From contig NC_043009.1 of assembly GCF_006345805.1 (NCBI RefSeq), positions 10,168,001-10,232,000 on the forward strand: DNA of 64,000 nt, given 5' to 3'. The translations under genes and the position numbers were made by a program. Positions 1 to 14,070 of this stretch are shown one piece after another. Positions within the stretch are counted from its first letter, which is position 1. The number at the start of each line of letters is the position of its first letter. The notes below the pieces were generated by a model that was not told where the DNA came from, did not search any database, and saw nothing but the letters and a program-made list of their open reading frames with translations. This DNA comes from Octopus sinensis. Its lineage: Eukaryota.

Positions 1-225
1 ACAGCATGGTGGTATCTTGTAGATACCCTAATTTATAATTTTAATAATTATTACCTTCGAAGGTTATTTTTTCCATGCTGACCACTTGATAAAATCGTTA
101 TTTTATTTTAAATTAACGATCTTATCCTTATTTATATAAATTTAAATATATATATATATATATTTATTCTATATTAAATCTCGGAACGAGAGGTAAACAG
201 TAACAGTACGGAATCGTAAAATATA

Positions 226-440
226 CTTGTCGGCTAAATGTGGGGTCCCATAGAGGACAATGTTACTGTTGTCTTTAGCTCCAGGACGACATCTACCCCA
301 GCTGGCTAACGACACGCTGTATCCGCAAATACTAATAGGACACAGACAGTGTGTCGTTAGCCAGCTGGAGGAGATGTCTTCCTGGGGCTAAAAACAACAG
401 TAAGATTGTCCTCTACGGGACCACCACAGTTAGTTGGCAA

Positions 441-442
<2 letters not shown>
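226..442. mobile_element. Foldback / MITE-like palindromic element
   Basis: Arms of ~95-100 bp are near-perfect reverse complements (e.g. ccagctggctaacgacac vs gtgtcgttagccagctgg; tagaggacaatgttactgttg vs caacagtaagattgtcctcta) around a ~25 nt loop, with TA at both ends. Confidence 0.7.
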
Positions 443-672
<230 letters not shown>

Positions 673-1200
673 ATATTATTAAAAGCAGTAGAAAATTCCA
701 GAAAACCTGTTACTCTGAGTTTCAGTGAAATTCAGAGTACCGTTTTTGAGAGTCTTGTTGCTTCTTTTAAATAAAGCATATTACTCTACCCCTGGTATTT
801 GAGTACTCTTTTTTGCACCTTATTTCACATTTATGTGTTTACATATGTATATATACATATACATATATACATATGGGTGTCGGTGTGTGTATGTAAGCAT
901 GTATGTATATACTCGACTTTGCGTATTGAAAGAGAATATGATAAAAAGAAACCCACCCACACAAGAAATTCGAATTGCAATAAATAATAAATATTTTAGA
1001 TGACAATGAAAATGGAAATCATTTAATATAATAAATACAGAGTTTCGTGAAAACATTAAAGAAGGGAATTAGGAAAGAATATGGGGAAAAAAAAGACAAG
1101 AAAGTAAAAAGAACAGAAAAACAATTTGGATAAAACAAGGTATGATAAAAATAAAGATAGCTATTTACATATCCTTTTGCTGCCACTATTATATATATAT

Positions 1201-1242
<42 letters not shown>

Positions 1243-1258
1243 TATATATGTATACATA

Positions 1259-1323
<65 letters not shown>

Positions 1324-1371
1324 CATACATACATACTACATATATATATATTATATATATATATATATATA

Positions 1372-1455
1372 TAGATAAATTATATATTCTCCTTACAGCA
1401 TCAAGCCAGTCAGGTGACTGTGGTGCTACAGCCGTCAGTAATACATACATACATA

Positions 1456-1500
<45 letters not shown>

Positions 1501-1835
1501 ATGCATGAAGTGAAGTTAATATACATCAGCGTTCATTCTATGCATTCAAATGTTTAAAATTTTGCTTTGAAAAATAAATAAAACTATAATTGGAAAACGA
1601 ACTTGCATTCGAAATTATCAGACACGAAGGGAATATTTTTTACACGGTTTGTTTCACTGCAGCAACCTGAGATGTCTGTCTCTTTGCCTACATACATATT
1701 TTATTGCACTACATTGATGCACATATACACTGCAGATTCATGGAGAGCTTCGTTTATATCCGTCCAGCTTGGGAGACTTCTCATGCAGTTGAGCAACAGC
1801 AGTTGTATTAATCAATGATTTCCGCTCACACACAC

Positions 1836-1894
<59 letters not shown>

Positions 1895-2366
1895 TATATA
1901 TATATAGATAAATTATATATTCTCCTTACAGCATCAAGCCAGTCAGGTGACTGTGGTGCTACAGCCGTCAGTAATACATACATACATACCTATATATATA
2001 TATATATTATATATATATATATATATATAGCGCATGCATGAAGTGAAGTTAATATACACCACCGTTCATTCTATGCATTCAAATGTTAAATTTTGCTTTG
2101 AAAATAAATAAAACTATAATTGGAAAACGAACTTGCATTCGAAATTATCAGACACGGAAGGGAATATTTTTTACACGGTTTGTTTCACTGCAGCAAACCT
2201 GAGATGTCTGTCTCTTTGCCTACATACATATTTTATTGCACTACATTGATGCACATATACACTGCAGATTCATGGAGAGCTTCGTTTATATTCCGTCCAG
2301 CTTGGAGACTTCTCATGCAGTTGAGCAACAGCAGTTGTTTAATCAATGATTTCCGCTCACACACAC

Positions 2367-2369
<3 letters not shown>
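1372..2369. repeat. Tandem duplication of a ~530 bp unit (1372-1838 and 1906-2369)
   Basis: Both copies start tagataaattatatattctccttacagc and end ccgctcacacacacagg; they differ mainly by single-base indels and (TA)n length. Confidence 0.9.
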
Positions 2370-2400
<31 letters not shown>

Positions 2401-3996
2401 TTATATATATATAATATATATATATTATGATATTATTATTATTATTATATATATATTATATTATTATTATATTATTATTATTATTATTATATTATTATTA
2501 TTATTATATTATTATTATATATTATTATATTATTATTACACATATTGAATGTCTTTGTATTGCAGGTAGTAATCATTTATGTCTTTTTATTACGTGTTTA
2601 GAGTCAATATATAACAAGTCGTTGAAGGCCCATTAATTCTTTATTGTTTCTTTTCAGACAATTATATCAATACTAATTTATTTGGTTACAGTTACAGATT
2701 TTTTTTCGATCATTTTAAGATCCAGTTCGTACCACATCATTATCATATTATTTCCAGTATGCTGAGAATATGCAATGACTCAGTATAAAAGAATGTATTA
2801 GAGTTTTGTATCGAATCTCTACAGAGTTCATGTGTGATGGAAGCAGAGCCATTTCTTCTTTTTTTTTTAATCATTATTATTAATCCTTGGAGGATATATT
2901 CATATTATCAGGTTCTGAACCACTCTTCATATTTCGTTCTTTGCATTGTGAGATATCACATTATTGTTCTGAGAATTAATAAATTAAAGGACTTTTTTCA
3001 TCATTTTGGTCATTGCAACTTATAAAAAATGTCAAAAGAAGGAAAGAAAATCCAAATTTTATTATGGTTATATATGTATATATGTATATATATATATATA
3101 TATATAGTTGTCTTGCTTGCACGTCATGGAGATGGATTTCCATAGTATCCTAAAATTGTTGAAATATAACGTTTATAAATGTTCATAATACGAAGTGCTT
3201 TCAAGGACATTTTATGCGTTATTTCAACTGGTTTAATACAATGTCAGTTTTAAAATTGAGACTGAATTCGAAGAACAGAAAATAAAGAAGGCAATTAATT
3301 CAAAGTGGAATTAATAATTAGCTTCCTTTTAAATTGGCAATCCTTTTTAATTATAACAATGTCTTCAAATCCAGAAGGATGTTGCCGTAAGCAAGATATT
3401 TTTGTACGCTTATTATTTATCTTCCCACTTCTAAAATTGTGTGCAAAGAATTTTGACAGATGAATATATTTTAAGTTCGATTCTTCACATAAAATAAATA
3501 AAGTATATCTATTAAAATATCTCTTTCTGTTCATATTCAACGGCATCATCAACCAGATCACTATTTTTTGTCCTCCTTTTTCAAGTTAAATCATTAACAG
3601 AAAATAAACAAACAAATAAATTAATATATAGATAAATAAATAAATAAACTGTTTAATTTTTTCTCTCTCTCTCTGTCTTTCGTTCAAAATATTACACTCG
3701 ACTTCTGATCTCGTCGAAAACTTATAATAAATAACTATTAATTAGAAATGAAATAAATAAAAATAATGTCTTTGACAGAATTTCTTGTTTTTTTTTTTCT
3801 TTAGAATCAAAGAAATGTCATAGATGTTTCTTTTTCAATTGATGTTTTCCTTGATATGTCCAGAAAAAAATTGGATCGATATAAAAGGATGAAATCATAA
3901 ACCAATTGAATGACTTGCAAACTGTCAGATTTCAGTTGTCGTCATTATTTTCCCTCTCTTTTCGTATCCCGATCGTCTGCCGTGTTCACGTCCTTT

Positions 3997-4317
3997 TTAC
4001 GATACATTGATTTCTTCATCTTCGCTGTCGCTTTCGGAGATATTTATGTCCAAATTATGTTCTTCTTGGAAGGAAGACGTTGGACTATGTGCCGAAGGAC
4101 TTAATTCTCTGGAAATGGAATCTAGGTCTTTAGAGTTATCGTTTTTTGGCGACCCCTCTATGTCATCTGATTCGTCACCTTTACCAACATCACTCAAATC
4201 CGGATTTGGATTATTTTTGTTTGGTAATGTAGATTCTCTGGTGCCACCCGAAGATAAAAGTTCTCTTTCTTTCGAATTTCGCCATTTCATTCTTCTGTTT
4301 TGGAACCATATTTTTAC
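3997..4317 (-). CDS. Dbx: Dbx homeobox protein, last coding exon
   Basis: tag acceptor at 4320-4318 after a pyrimidine tract; translates VKIWFQNRRMKWRNSKERELLSSGGTRESTLPNKNNPNPDLSDVG...DEEINVS-stop (TAA 3999-3997), matching Dbx helix 3 and the post-homeodomain motif. Confidence 0.96.
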   Translation of the reverse strand, partial: VKIWFQNRRMKWRNSKERELLSSGGTRESTLPNKNNPNPDLSDVGKGDESDDIEGSPKNDNSKDLDSISRELSPSAHSPTSSFQEEHNLDINISESDSEDEEINVS

Positions 4318-6264
4318 CTAAAATTGAGATAGAAATAAACTGTCAAATATTTATCACATTGGTCAGAAAAATGTTTTGAAAGATATAAATGGTTTAAAGT
4401 AAATGTAACTGAAAAACATAATATTTATATGCTATGGTTGGATTTTACTTCGAAATTCATATGTTACCATTGTTTGTTTAAAAATTAACCCATGTAAACC
4501 TTATTTCAGATCTTTTCAGAAGGCGTAAACCTTCTCTCATAGGTAATTCCATTCCCGAAACAACAAGGGAGCATTTATTTATCCATCGACGATCGACGCT
4601 CTAAAATCACGCTCTACTGTATTTTTTAACCCATTAATCAAAGAGAGATGGGTAGCCTCCAAGGGCCTCTACAGGGCTTCCGACACTGGTTGGAAGAAAT
4701 AAGACACGGTTTCTCAAATCAGAAACTTAGAAGCAGAGTGGACAACGCTTAAAAAAAAAAAACAAAAACAAAATTGCACACACAGGGCCAGCTTGTGATG
4801 TTAAATAGGGCAACGAAGTCTACTATCCAGACCTAGAAAATACAATGAACAGTTTCTTGACAGACGAAATAGTTACGACTGGAACGTCTCACTTTTGATC
4901 AAAGGTCCACCTGATCATGGTTGAACTAAGGATAAACAGTAACAATGCACACACACACAGACATACTCACACATTACATACGCATGATTTATAATACTCT
5001 AACATTCCATGTATAAATTTATAACACTGTAACATTCCATGTATAAATTATCTGCCAACAGAAATCGAAACGAAATCTTATCGAACTATCTATGTATGTA
5101 CCAGTGGTTGTTTTGCCACCTTATTTTTCTTCTCAATATACTATAAATGATTTCTATTTAAAATTCATTCTCCTTTATTATATGAGGCTATATTCAATTC
5201 CTTTCTGATACCGTTTACAGTCTATTATAAGCATAATAAATAAAAACGGGGAAAACAATTATAAGATGTAATATCTAGTATTAACAGTTTATTCCTGGTC
5301 TTGCCTCCATTTTCTTTTCGTCAATGATATATGCGAGCACTAGCAGCACAGTGTAGCTAAATGAAATAAGCTGTTTATGCTATTCCTTCTAAGCTGCCAC
5401 CACTCACATAAAAGCAGTCTAATCAATGATTAGCCATGCTTCATTCATTTCGCTGAGCCAGCTGTTACACTATGCCCCACCTTACAAGAAATGTCACTAA
5501 CAATGATGCCTCTCTTGCTATAATGGATTCTATAACAAGACTTCAGAGCGTTATTGGCATTCTCTTCTTCAATTGATACTGTCTGATATTGTTTGTTTTC
5601 TATTTCTTTTCTTTTAATCCCACTAGATTTCTTAGGTTAGTTAGTATTGGCGGCCGTTTGTCTTAATGCGGGAGAAGCAGATAAAACAGAGATTTGTCGA
5701 TATAGAACAAGATATTTTACAGTTCTGTGTTCGAATCATACCCAAGATGACTCAAATTACCACTGGCATACTTTCAGAAAATGTAGTACCAGTAATATAC
5801 TAGTCACAATGATAAAGAAGTTATCAGAAACTGAAGTCGTTATTGTTACTGCTTAGCCCTGTATAAATCTTGATCCAACAGAAATACAATAAAAGACGTT
5901 CCAGCTGTGACTATCCTGTCTCTATAGAGATATATAGCACAACACTATCCAATTTATTCAATATTTTGGGAGATTTAGCTGCTATTCTCGTTGATAAAGT
6001 TAAATAGCAGATTTACAGAGAAACAAATTTGGAATGTCTTTCCTTGGGAGTTTATTCGTTCCCAGACATGCTTAATGATTGAGAATGAGGTGAACAACAG
6101 CAACGAAAATCATATCATCAACCATGGAGTAGTTGTGTTATAGAATATACTATCGACCATTGTTTAGGAGAATAATCATTAGGTGGTAATAAATCACAGG
6201 ATCTGTGATTTATTTTAAGGCATAAGTCAATGTCGATGCAATAGAGAATGTCGATACAAATATT

Positions 6265-6285
6265 ATATATATATATATTTGATAT

Positions 6286-6351
<66 letters not shown>

Positions 6352-6470
6352 TATACATACATATATATACATACACACACGCACATATATATACATATAT
6401 ATATATATACATACATGCATACATATACATATATATATAGTGTGTATGTATGCATGTATATATATATAAG

Positions 6471-6509
<39 letters not shown>

Positions 6510-6530
6510 ATGTAGGTATGTATATATGAG
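6265..6530. repeat. (TA)n/(TACA)n microsatellite
   Basis: Visible array in the Dbx intron. Confidence 0.95.
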
Positions 6531-7136
6531 TGAATGTCAATAAAAGTTTTTACATTCCATACCGGATAGTTTGATTACGGGAGTAGTGGTGCTTGCTAGC
6601 AGTTCTACAAACGGAACGGTTCCTTTCTTGACATTTATTAAACATGGGTCAAGGAGGAAATTGGATCATAAAACATACTTTTGGCAAGTTGCATAGAATG
6701 TAAGTCATGCTGATGCCCAACTATGAAGACGTTCTCGGCTTCAATCTCGACTTGAAATTATTTTCTTCTCATTTGCATCGCTATCTGCAACTGTTTTATA
6801 TGATATTGTCTCCGATTCAAAATGCAATATGGCTAATTCTGAATCGCTCTGATCAACTGCTTCTATTACATGTGCGTGTGATAGATATTATATGATTGAT
6901 CAATTCGCACACTTTTGTTTAACACTCACACACACCATTCATATTTACACATATATTCCTACAACATAGAAATATGTACACACACACACAAACACACACT
7001 CACAGGAAATAAAGGGGCGTAATTTCCTTTTTGGGAAATGAAAAATCTATAACCAATTTATGTTCAGCTTATATCTTTTAACTGTGGTATTGCTATTTAA
7101 TTGTGCATGGTATATACATAAATACATACATATATA

Positions 7137-7248
<112 letters not shown>

Positions 7249-8131
7249 ACATATATACATACATACATACATACATACATACATACATACATACATAAAT
7301 AAATACTTACATACATACATACATTAGATCTATGTTAACAATAGAAAATAATGGACAAATACTCATACTGGCATTGAGGCGAAATTACGCCTATGACACT
7401 ATAAACACATATGCTATAGACAAATAATAACATTTATTTCGTTTGTCTGTCGGTCACATGATCTGCACTCTACTCGTTCAGTATAATCAGGTGACAAAGT
7501 GCATATCTCACTTTCTCCTTCATTCTTCTGCAGTGTCAGTTTTTCTGTCCTTTAAGAATATCTGTCTTCCTTTTTTCTCTCTCTTTTAACGCAATCCTTT
7601 GTCTCCTTAGAAATGTATATCCTGTTGTAATTTTCTTTGTTAAATTATATATATATATATATATATCAAAATAAGCAACAAGGATATCTAAGGTAGTGTA
7701 GTACAATCAGTTCATGCTACTTCATTTTATTAAACACTGTAAGTATTTCATCAGTTTTAAAATGTGATCTACAGATGGAGAAGGACATTCTACTACCATG
7801 TTCTTTATGATGAAATTAACCTCCCTGTCTATATATCTACCCTCCCTGTAATGTTGGCAAATGAAATAAGTATAAAAATCTACATTGTTCATTTAATTTT
7901 TAAAAAAAATCTGTATGTGGCTGAAGATTGCTCGACATTTTAAAACTGATGAAATACTTACAGTGTTTAATAAAATGAAGTAGCATGAAAGGATTGTACT
8001 ACGCTACCTTTGGATATCCTTGTTGCTTATTTTGATTATAATCACCCCATTTGATTATATGGATAATGCCATACCAAATTCTGGGGCCTTTAACTAAGTA
8101 CTATATTCATATGAATCTAAATTTTTGTGAA

Positions 8132-8590
<459 letters not shown>

Positions 8591-10579
8591 TGAATAGAGA
8601 CACATTCGGTGTTTCAGTTTGATATTATGGGCTGTTACTGTGATCACAAATATGCCAATGTCGTTCGATCTGCAACAAATCATGACTCAAGACGATATGG
8701 AAACTTATCCGTCTCCTTCATTTGCCTTTTGTGCACCACATTTTTCTTTCTTCTTACTCTTGTTCATTTTCAGTTTCCAAATACACACGTACATGCATAA
8801 ACACACACACACACACACACACATACATACACACACACATACGCGCGCGCGTATAAAAACAGAGATCTCAAATATATCTTTTGATCTTTTACTTGTTTCA
8901 GTGATGGGGCCGCGGCCATGTTGGCGCATCGCCTTGAACTGCTCAGTCGAAATTATCGACCCCGGTTTTTAGCTTTTTTTATGTCTGGTAATTATTCTAA
9001 GTCTTCTCCTCATCCAAAAAAGCTATTAAGTAACGAGGAAGCAAATAAAACCAGCACAGGTTGAAAAGTGGTAATGAGAGACAAACACACACACACACAC
9101 ACATTTGTAAGACGGCTTTCACACCGTTTTCGTCTAAAAAATTGGCCAAGGTGCAGCGTAGTGAGATTAGAACCTAAAACACCAATTTTGAAACTTCAGA
9201 AATAATAGATACCTGTAATAATCCCCCACCACCCTGATCAGCTATAGATGGATATTGAAAGATAATCCCCTTAACAAACCTAGTCAGGAAAGAGTCTGTA
9301 TTCTGGTATTAAACTGATAAACCTGCTAGAAATAGCAGTTAAATTGCACTCAGATATCCAACTGTCTTTGAAAAAGAGTAGAAACACATTAGAAGAGGCA
9401 CTGGTTCTGATTTATATGTATCTTATTCCTGTAGCAAAATTGCAGAAAACACCTGTAGCAACCTATAACATACTCTCTACTCGATCACTCGATTACCTAG
9501 AAATAGCAGCTAAATCTTGCCTTCATATAACGTAGTACAAAATGAACTATGGCAAAAAAAGAAACAAAATTCGGGTCTTTGATCATAAATCTTCTCAGTC
9601 AGCACTGTCCTTGAGCTGAACAATAGAATAATATTCTTTAATTATCATAAATGCTTTCTAAGACCATTCTGAAACTTTGAATTGACAACACAAGATTCAA
9701 GATGCTTTGTACTATTTACTACCAATTCTCTGCTTTCCGAGTTGAAACTTTAACCCAACCTAGCAGTATTTTTTTCTCCTTGGTGGATAGAGTTAGTATC
9801 ACTGGTGTCAGGGGTCCATTAAATAAATTAAATCCACTCCATCTAGAAAATATGCAGCCCTTTGTCAGAAGTTATGTTAACGCCAGAGTAGAGAGTACAT
9901 AACGTAATGACTTCTGTATCATTTTCAAAGACATTAGCTGTTTCAGAAACCTGCTGTTGCTTCTGTCGAAACCGAATCGCAAATTCAGTTTCGCTCCTCA
10001 GTTACACGTCCTACAACGTCACGAAATATGCTTTAAGACGAAGGTGAGGAAAAATGCTATCTATCAAAAATTATACAAAAACAACTAAACCAAACATAAA
10101 AAAACGACACTATCACACACAGACACGAATAAATGAGAGAGTACTTGGTGTAGCTACGAAATCGTAAAGAGGGATGTTTCGCAATTAAACCAGCTGTTAG
10201 TGACATAACAGAGAATGAACACAATCTGACCCTGTTGGACGAAATCATGTACAGGATGTCTATTTACAAAAAGGTTGAATTAAAGTGATTGATTTAAAAA
10301 AATAGTAATTTATGACCAATTACTGTTATTTTGGAAATGCTAGAGGTGAGAGCAATGCTGTGCTAGCTGGGGGGCAGGGTCGTTAGGGCTATGACATTTG
10401 TGTGTTTGATGGATCGGTCGGTCGATCGGTTGGCTGGCTGGTTGTTTGCCATTTATTTCAGGATAAAGGTACAATGATTTCCGTTTGGAGAATGAGTGGT
10501 GAAGGTAAGGCTAAATAACCAACAAAATATATAAACAGATGACTGCTACACGGACATACATAGATACGTAGATACATAG

Positions 10580-10581
10580 AT

Positions 10582-10641
<60 letters not shown>

Positions 10642-10648
10642 GAGAGAG

Positions 10649-10722
<74 letters not shown>
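10580..10722. repeat. Compound (CA)n(TA)n(GA)n microsatellite
   Basis: Visible array. Confidence 0.95.
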
Positions 10723-10725
<3 letters not shown>

Positions 10726-11246
10726 TGATGGCGATGCCAGAAAATTATTAATTAATTTGAAAGGACAGGAGTTCATCGGATAAAATATTGTTTAAAGGTG
10801 TCTCATGAGATTCTGAAACATTGCATCATGAGAATGTCATACAACTGCTACACACCTATATCATAATATTGCGCACACGCATGCACGCACGCACACGCAT
10901 GCACGCACGCACACACACAAGGGAACCAGAGAATGAGCACTCGTTAAAGGTAATACCCGAAAATAGCAATAATTGTGCGATAAGAACATTCAAGGCGTAA
11001 GAACCAGAGACTTCTTAATCACCATGGCAACAAGAATACTAATGACGAAGCGGACGAGAGAGGTGAGGTGAAGATAAACATCCTTTCCTGGGGCATTTTA
11101 AAATGAGAAGAGTTGTTACTGCTGTTGTCGATTGGCCCCAGACTTCTGATCGATCAGACCCATGATCGAAGGTGCTCCAATCGCGATCACTTCACCTTTT
11201 TTTTTCCAACTATAGTGTATCCAGTATTACAATATCCAGTATGTTC

Positions 11247-11459
11247 AAAGGCGGCGAGCTGGCAGAAACGTTAGCACGCCGGACGAAATGCGTAGCGGTA
11301 TTTCAAATTTTTACGTTCTGAGTTCAAACTTCGCCGAGGTCGACTTTGCTTTTCATCCTTTCGAGGTCGATAAATTAAGTATCAGCTGCGTACTGGGGTC
11401 GATCTAATCGTCTTGCCCCCTCCCCCAAAATGTCGGGCCTTGTGCCTAGAGTAGAAAAG
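11247..11459 (+). mobile_element. SINE family B (tRNA-headed)
   Basis: Head aaggcggcgagctggcagaaacgttagc, B-box-like gagttcaaa, body cttttcatcctttcgaggtcgataaa; flanked by a 16-bp target-site duplication aatatccagtatgttc (11231-11246, 11460-11475). Confidence 0.9.
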
Positions 11460-11639
11460 AATATCCAGTATGTTCCCCTTCCTTTATTTTCCCTTTTTTT
11501 TATTTAAAGATAATAATGTGTGATTTGAGGAGACTTGACGCCTATATCTAGTAGGCCGAGCGGACACGTAGAAGCTTCCTATTTGAAAGAAATAAGATTC
11601 TGTGAAATCATAAACTTTCCCCGACGCCATTACCGCCGT

Positions 11640-11820
11640 CAGTACAAGACCGACGATTTTGAGGGAATGAGTTAGTCGATACCATCGATACCCCTAACTT
11701 GAACGACACTTTATATTATCGACCCCAAAAAGATGAAACGTAATGTTGGCCTCAGTAGAACTTGAACTCAGAATGTAAAAACTCAGAACAAATGCTGCAA
11801 GACAGTTTTTCTGATGCCCT
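11640..11820 (-). mobile_element. Degenerate SINE family B
   Basis: Contains gtcgataccatcgatacccc...ttattatcgaccccaaaaagatgaaa...ttgaactcagaatgtaa, the reverse complement of the family B body. Confidence 0.7.
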
Positions 11821-11909
11821 ACAGATTTTTCCAATCTTTCGAGATAATGGAAGGCAAAGCAAATTCAAACAGAAACTAAACTGAATGATGTGGGTGAATG
11901 TGAACTTAC

Positions 11910-12109
11910 CTGTGAATCTTTCAGCCCCAGTTTGGCTGCCAACTTTTTGCGGTCTGGTTTGCTAATATATTTTTGTTTTTGAAACATTTTCTCCAACCCT
12001 TTACGTTGAAGGTCAGAGAACACAGCTCTTCGTAGCATTCCGCGGCGAGGTTTTCCTCGGATGTTGTTCAAAAACGAAAACGTATTCGGTATAGGGAGTA
12101 AAGGCGTTG
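11910..12109 (-). CDS. Dbx: Dbx homeobox exon (helices 1-2 and start of helix 3)
   Basis: tttatag acceptor (12112-12110) and CAG|gtaagt donor (11910|11909); 200 nt, phase 1 to phase 0; translates (A)TPLLPIPNTFSFLNNIRGKPRRGMLRRAVFSDLQRKGLEKMFQKQKYISKPDRKKLAAKLGLKDSQ, diagnostic of Dbx. Confidence 0.97.
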
Positions 12110-12146
12110 CTATAAATAAAATACACAAAATAAGAACATTAATGCA

Positions 12147-12258
<112 letters not shown>

Positions 12259-12275
12259 CGGTAGTACGAGGTAGT

Positions 12276-12775
12276 AGCTCTCGTAACTTCTGATCTTAAC
12301 TGATTGGATGTGTTATCATGTACATTGTTTTGTCTTGGTATAAAAGATGGGCTACAGCAAATATTCTGCTCAATACCACAGATTTGCTTGTCAGTTGTTT
12401 GACCATAACCAGTTGAGCATGTCCCTTAGTGGCTGATGATATCTGCATCTCTGATCACGAGCAAGAGTAGTAGGGGAGCATCATAGCCATGTGTTGAGAG
12501 GGATTCTTGGAGGTTTGGATAATTCACCTTTGGAAACAACCCTTATTCAGGGACCTTTTGAGCGGGATGGGTTCGTCCTCAAGAAAATTCTAACTGGGCC
12601 CCACCTGCAAGCTCAGTCGCTGTTAATCTTGATATGAGATCACCATGTCGCGCACATATGGTTGTGGTGCATGTGTCTGGTCTACTCTTATCAGACAGCT
12701 CGTCATGATGGGTATACTGGGCTTCGTATATTTTACCCCAGTGTCATTTTGATGGCATGCACTGCTCTCCCACTC

Positions 12776-12846
<71 letters not shown>
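12276..12846 (+). mobile_element. ~500 bp (AAT)n-tailed retroposon-like repeat (LINE 3' UTR or non-autonomous partner)
   Basis: Homologous (inverted) to 56126-56647 and partly to 36565-36712; ends ...ctgctctcccactc followed by (AAT)n at 12776-12846. Confidence 0.8.
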
Positions 12847-12850
<4 letters not shown>

Positions 12851-12859
12851 CAACAACAA

Positions 12860-13040
12860 CAATAGTTTCAAATTTTGGCACAAGGCCCGAAATCTTGGGG
12901 GAGAGCGCAAGTCGATTACATCTACCGCAGTACTGAACTACCTATTTTATTGACTCCGAAAGGATGGATGAAAGGAAAAATCGACCTCGGGAGAATTTGA
13001 ACTCAGAAAGTAAAAATACTCCGTCCGGTATAACGATGAT
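12860..13040 (-). mobile_element. SINE family B (degenerate)
   Basis: ttggcacaaggcc...aagtcgattacatc...tcgacctcgggagaatttgaactcagaa is the reverse complement of the family B tail and body. Confidence 0.75.
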
Positions 13041-13238
13041 ACCTACCAGATAAATAGGTAGATTGATAGCCAAACAGCCTATAGATAGATAGACAGATAG
13101 CAAGATAGATATAGAACTTGAAGGGCTGCTGACATTTTGCTCATTTAATATCAGAACAATCGTCATTTGCTAAAGTATTCTCTAGATCCTAGGTATTCAG
13201 TTAGCTTTTATAATAACATGAAATGATTTGCATTATAT

Positions 13239-13534
13239 AATTGTTTGTTCCTTCTCGAGCCATGCCTGCCTCATAAGGGCCGGTTTCTCGGTTTCCTTGG
13301 CGTATAGGTCGCCCACCTGGACGGGATGCCGGTCCGTCGCAGGTGAGATGCAAGAGGAAAGAGTGAGAGAAAGTTGTGGCGAAAGAGTCAGCAGAAGTTC
13401 GCCATTACCTTCTGCCGGAGCCGCGTGGAGCTTAGGTGTTTTGCTCATAAACACATATCACCCGGTCTGAGATTCGAACCCGCGATCCCTCGACCGCGTG
13501 TCCGCTTCTCTAACCACTAGGCCATGTGCCTCCA
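13239..13534 (-). mobile_element. SINE family D (tRNA-Arg-like head)
   Basis: Reverse strand reads ggaggcacatggcctagtggttag...gggttcgaatctcagaccg; homologous to 23625-23908 and 27713-27972; flanked by the direct repeat tgcattatat. Confidence 0.88.
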
Positions 13535-13586
13535 TGCATTATATCCGATATACAACAACATACCTGCAGAAAGTGAAACTACTCAC

Positions 13587-13793
13587 CTGAAAAATAAGGG
13601 TGTCTGACAATTCCTTGTAGATGGCTCTCGTAGAGAGTGGCCCCTCGAGGGTTGCATCCAGCACATGTGATACCCTGGTTGCCCAAAGTACATGAGGACT
13701 TGCTGCATGCTACAGATGTGAGTGATGACAAAGACGGGTGGCAGCTACTGAATGCGCTGACGGAAGTGTTGATGGCTGCAGCGGCTGCTGAAC
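13587..13793 (-). CDS. Dbx: Dbx internal exon upstream of the homeobox
   Basis: ttcacttcccag acceptor and TCAG|gtgagt donor; 207 nt, phase 1 to phase 1, joins in frame to the 12109 exon (S-A-T); peptide (G)SAAAAAINTSVSAF...CAGCNPRGATLYESHLQGIVRHPYFS resembles Dbx FQPFIRSSYFP. Confidence 0.8.
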
Positions 13794-14039
13794 CTGGGAA
13801 GTGAAAATTGAAGAAAATATTAATACAGGCATCACTACAATGTCTCCGTTGTTTAGGTAACGGACGGAATGGTAATTGGGGTAGTGAGACAGGTGGGAGA
13901 TTGGGTGGTGTGCAATAAAGATTCGACTCTTTTTTATTGTGTGTGTGCGTGTGTGTGACAATGCACCCGTGTGCAATATTTAGAATTTGCTTGTTTTGGT
14001 TCAGGTATCTGTTTGTACACACGCATTTCTTCTTCTTCT

Positions 14040-14070
<31 letters not shown>

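Noticed and set aside
1387-2660. + strand splice-acceptor-like sites (1397, 1931, 2565, 2657) suggesting an antisense transcript
   Set aside because: No consistent donor/ORF chain, and such words are frequent in AT-rich DNA.
2580-3996. Dbx polyadenylation signal
   Set aside because: Several minus-strand AATAAA words occur in very AT-rich sequence, and none can be singled out.
13460-13534. tRNA-like sequences (also at 17902, 23625, 24977, 27900, 42257, 42755)
   Set aside because: A and B boxes are present but run straight into SINE bodies and lack a complete acceptor stem; these are SINE heads, not tRNA genes.
13902-13910. Near-Gli site TGGGTGGTG upstream of Dbx exon 13793
   Set aside because: A single mismatched 9-mer is too weak without conservation data.
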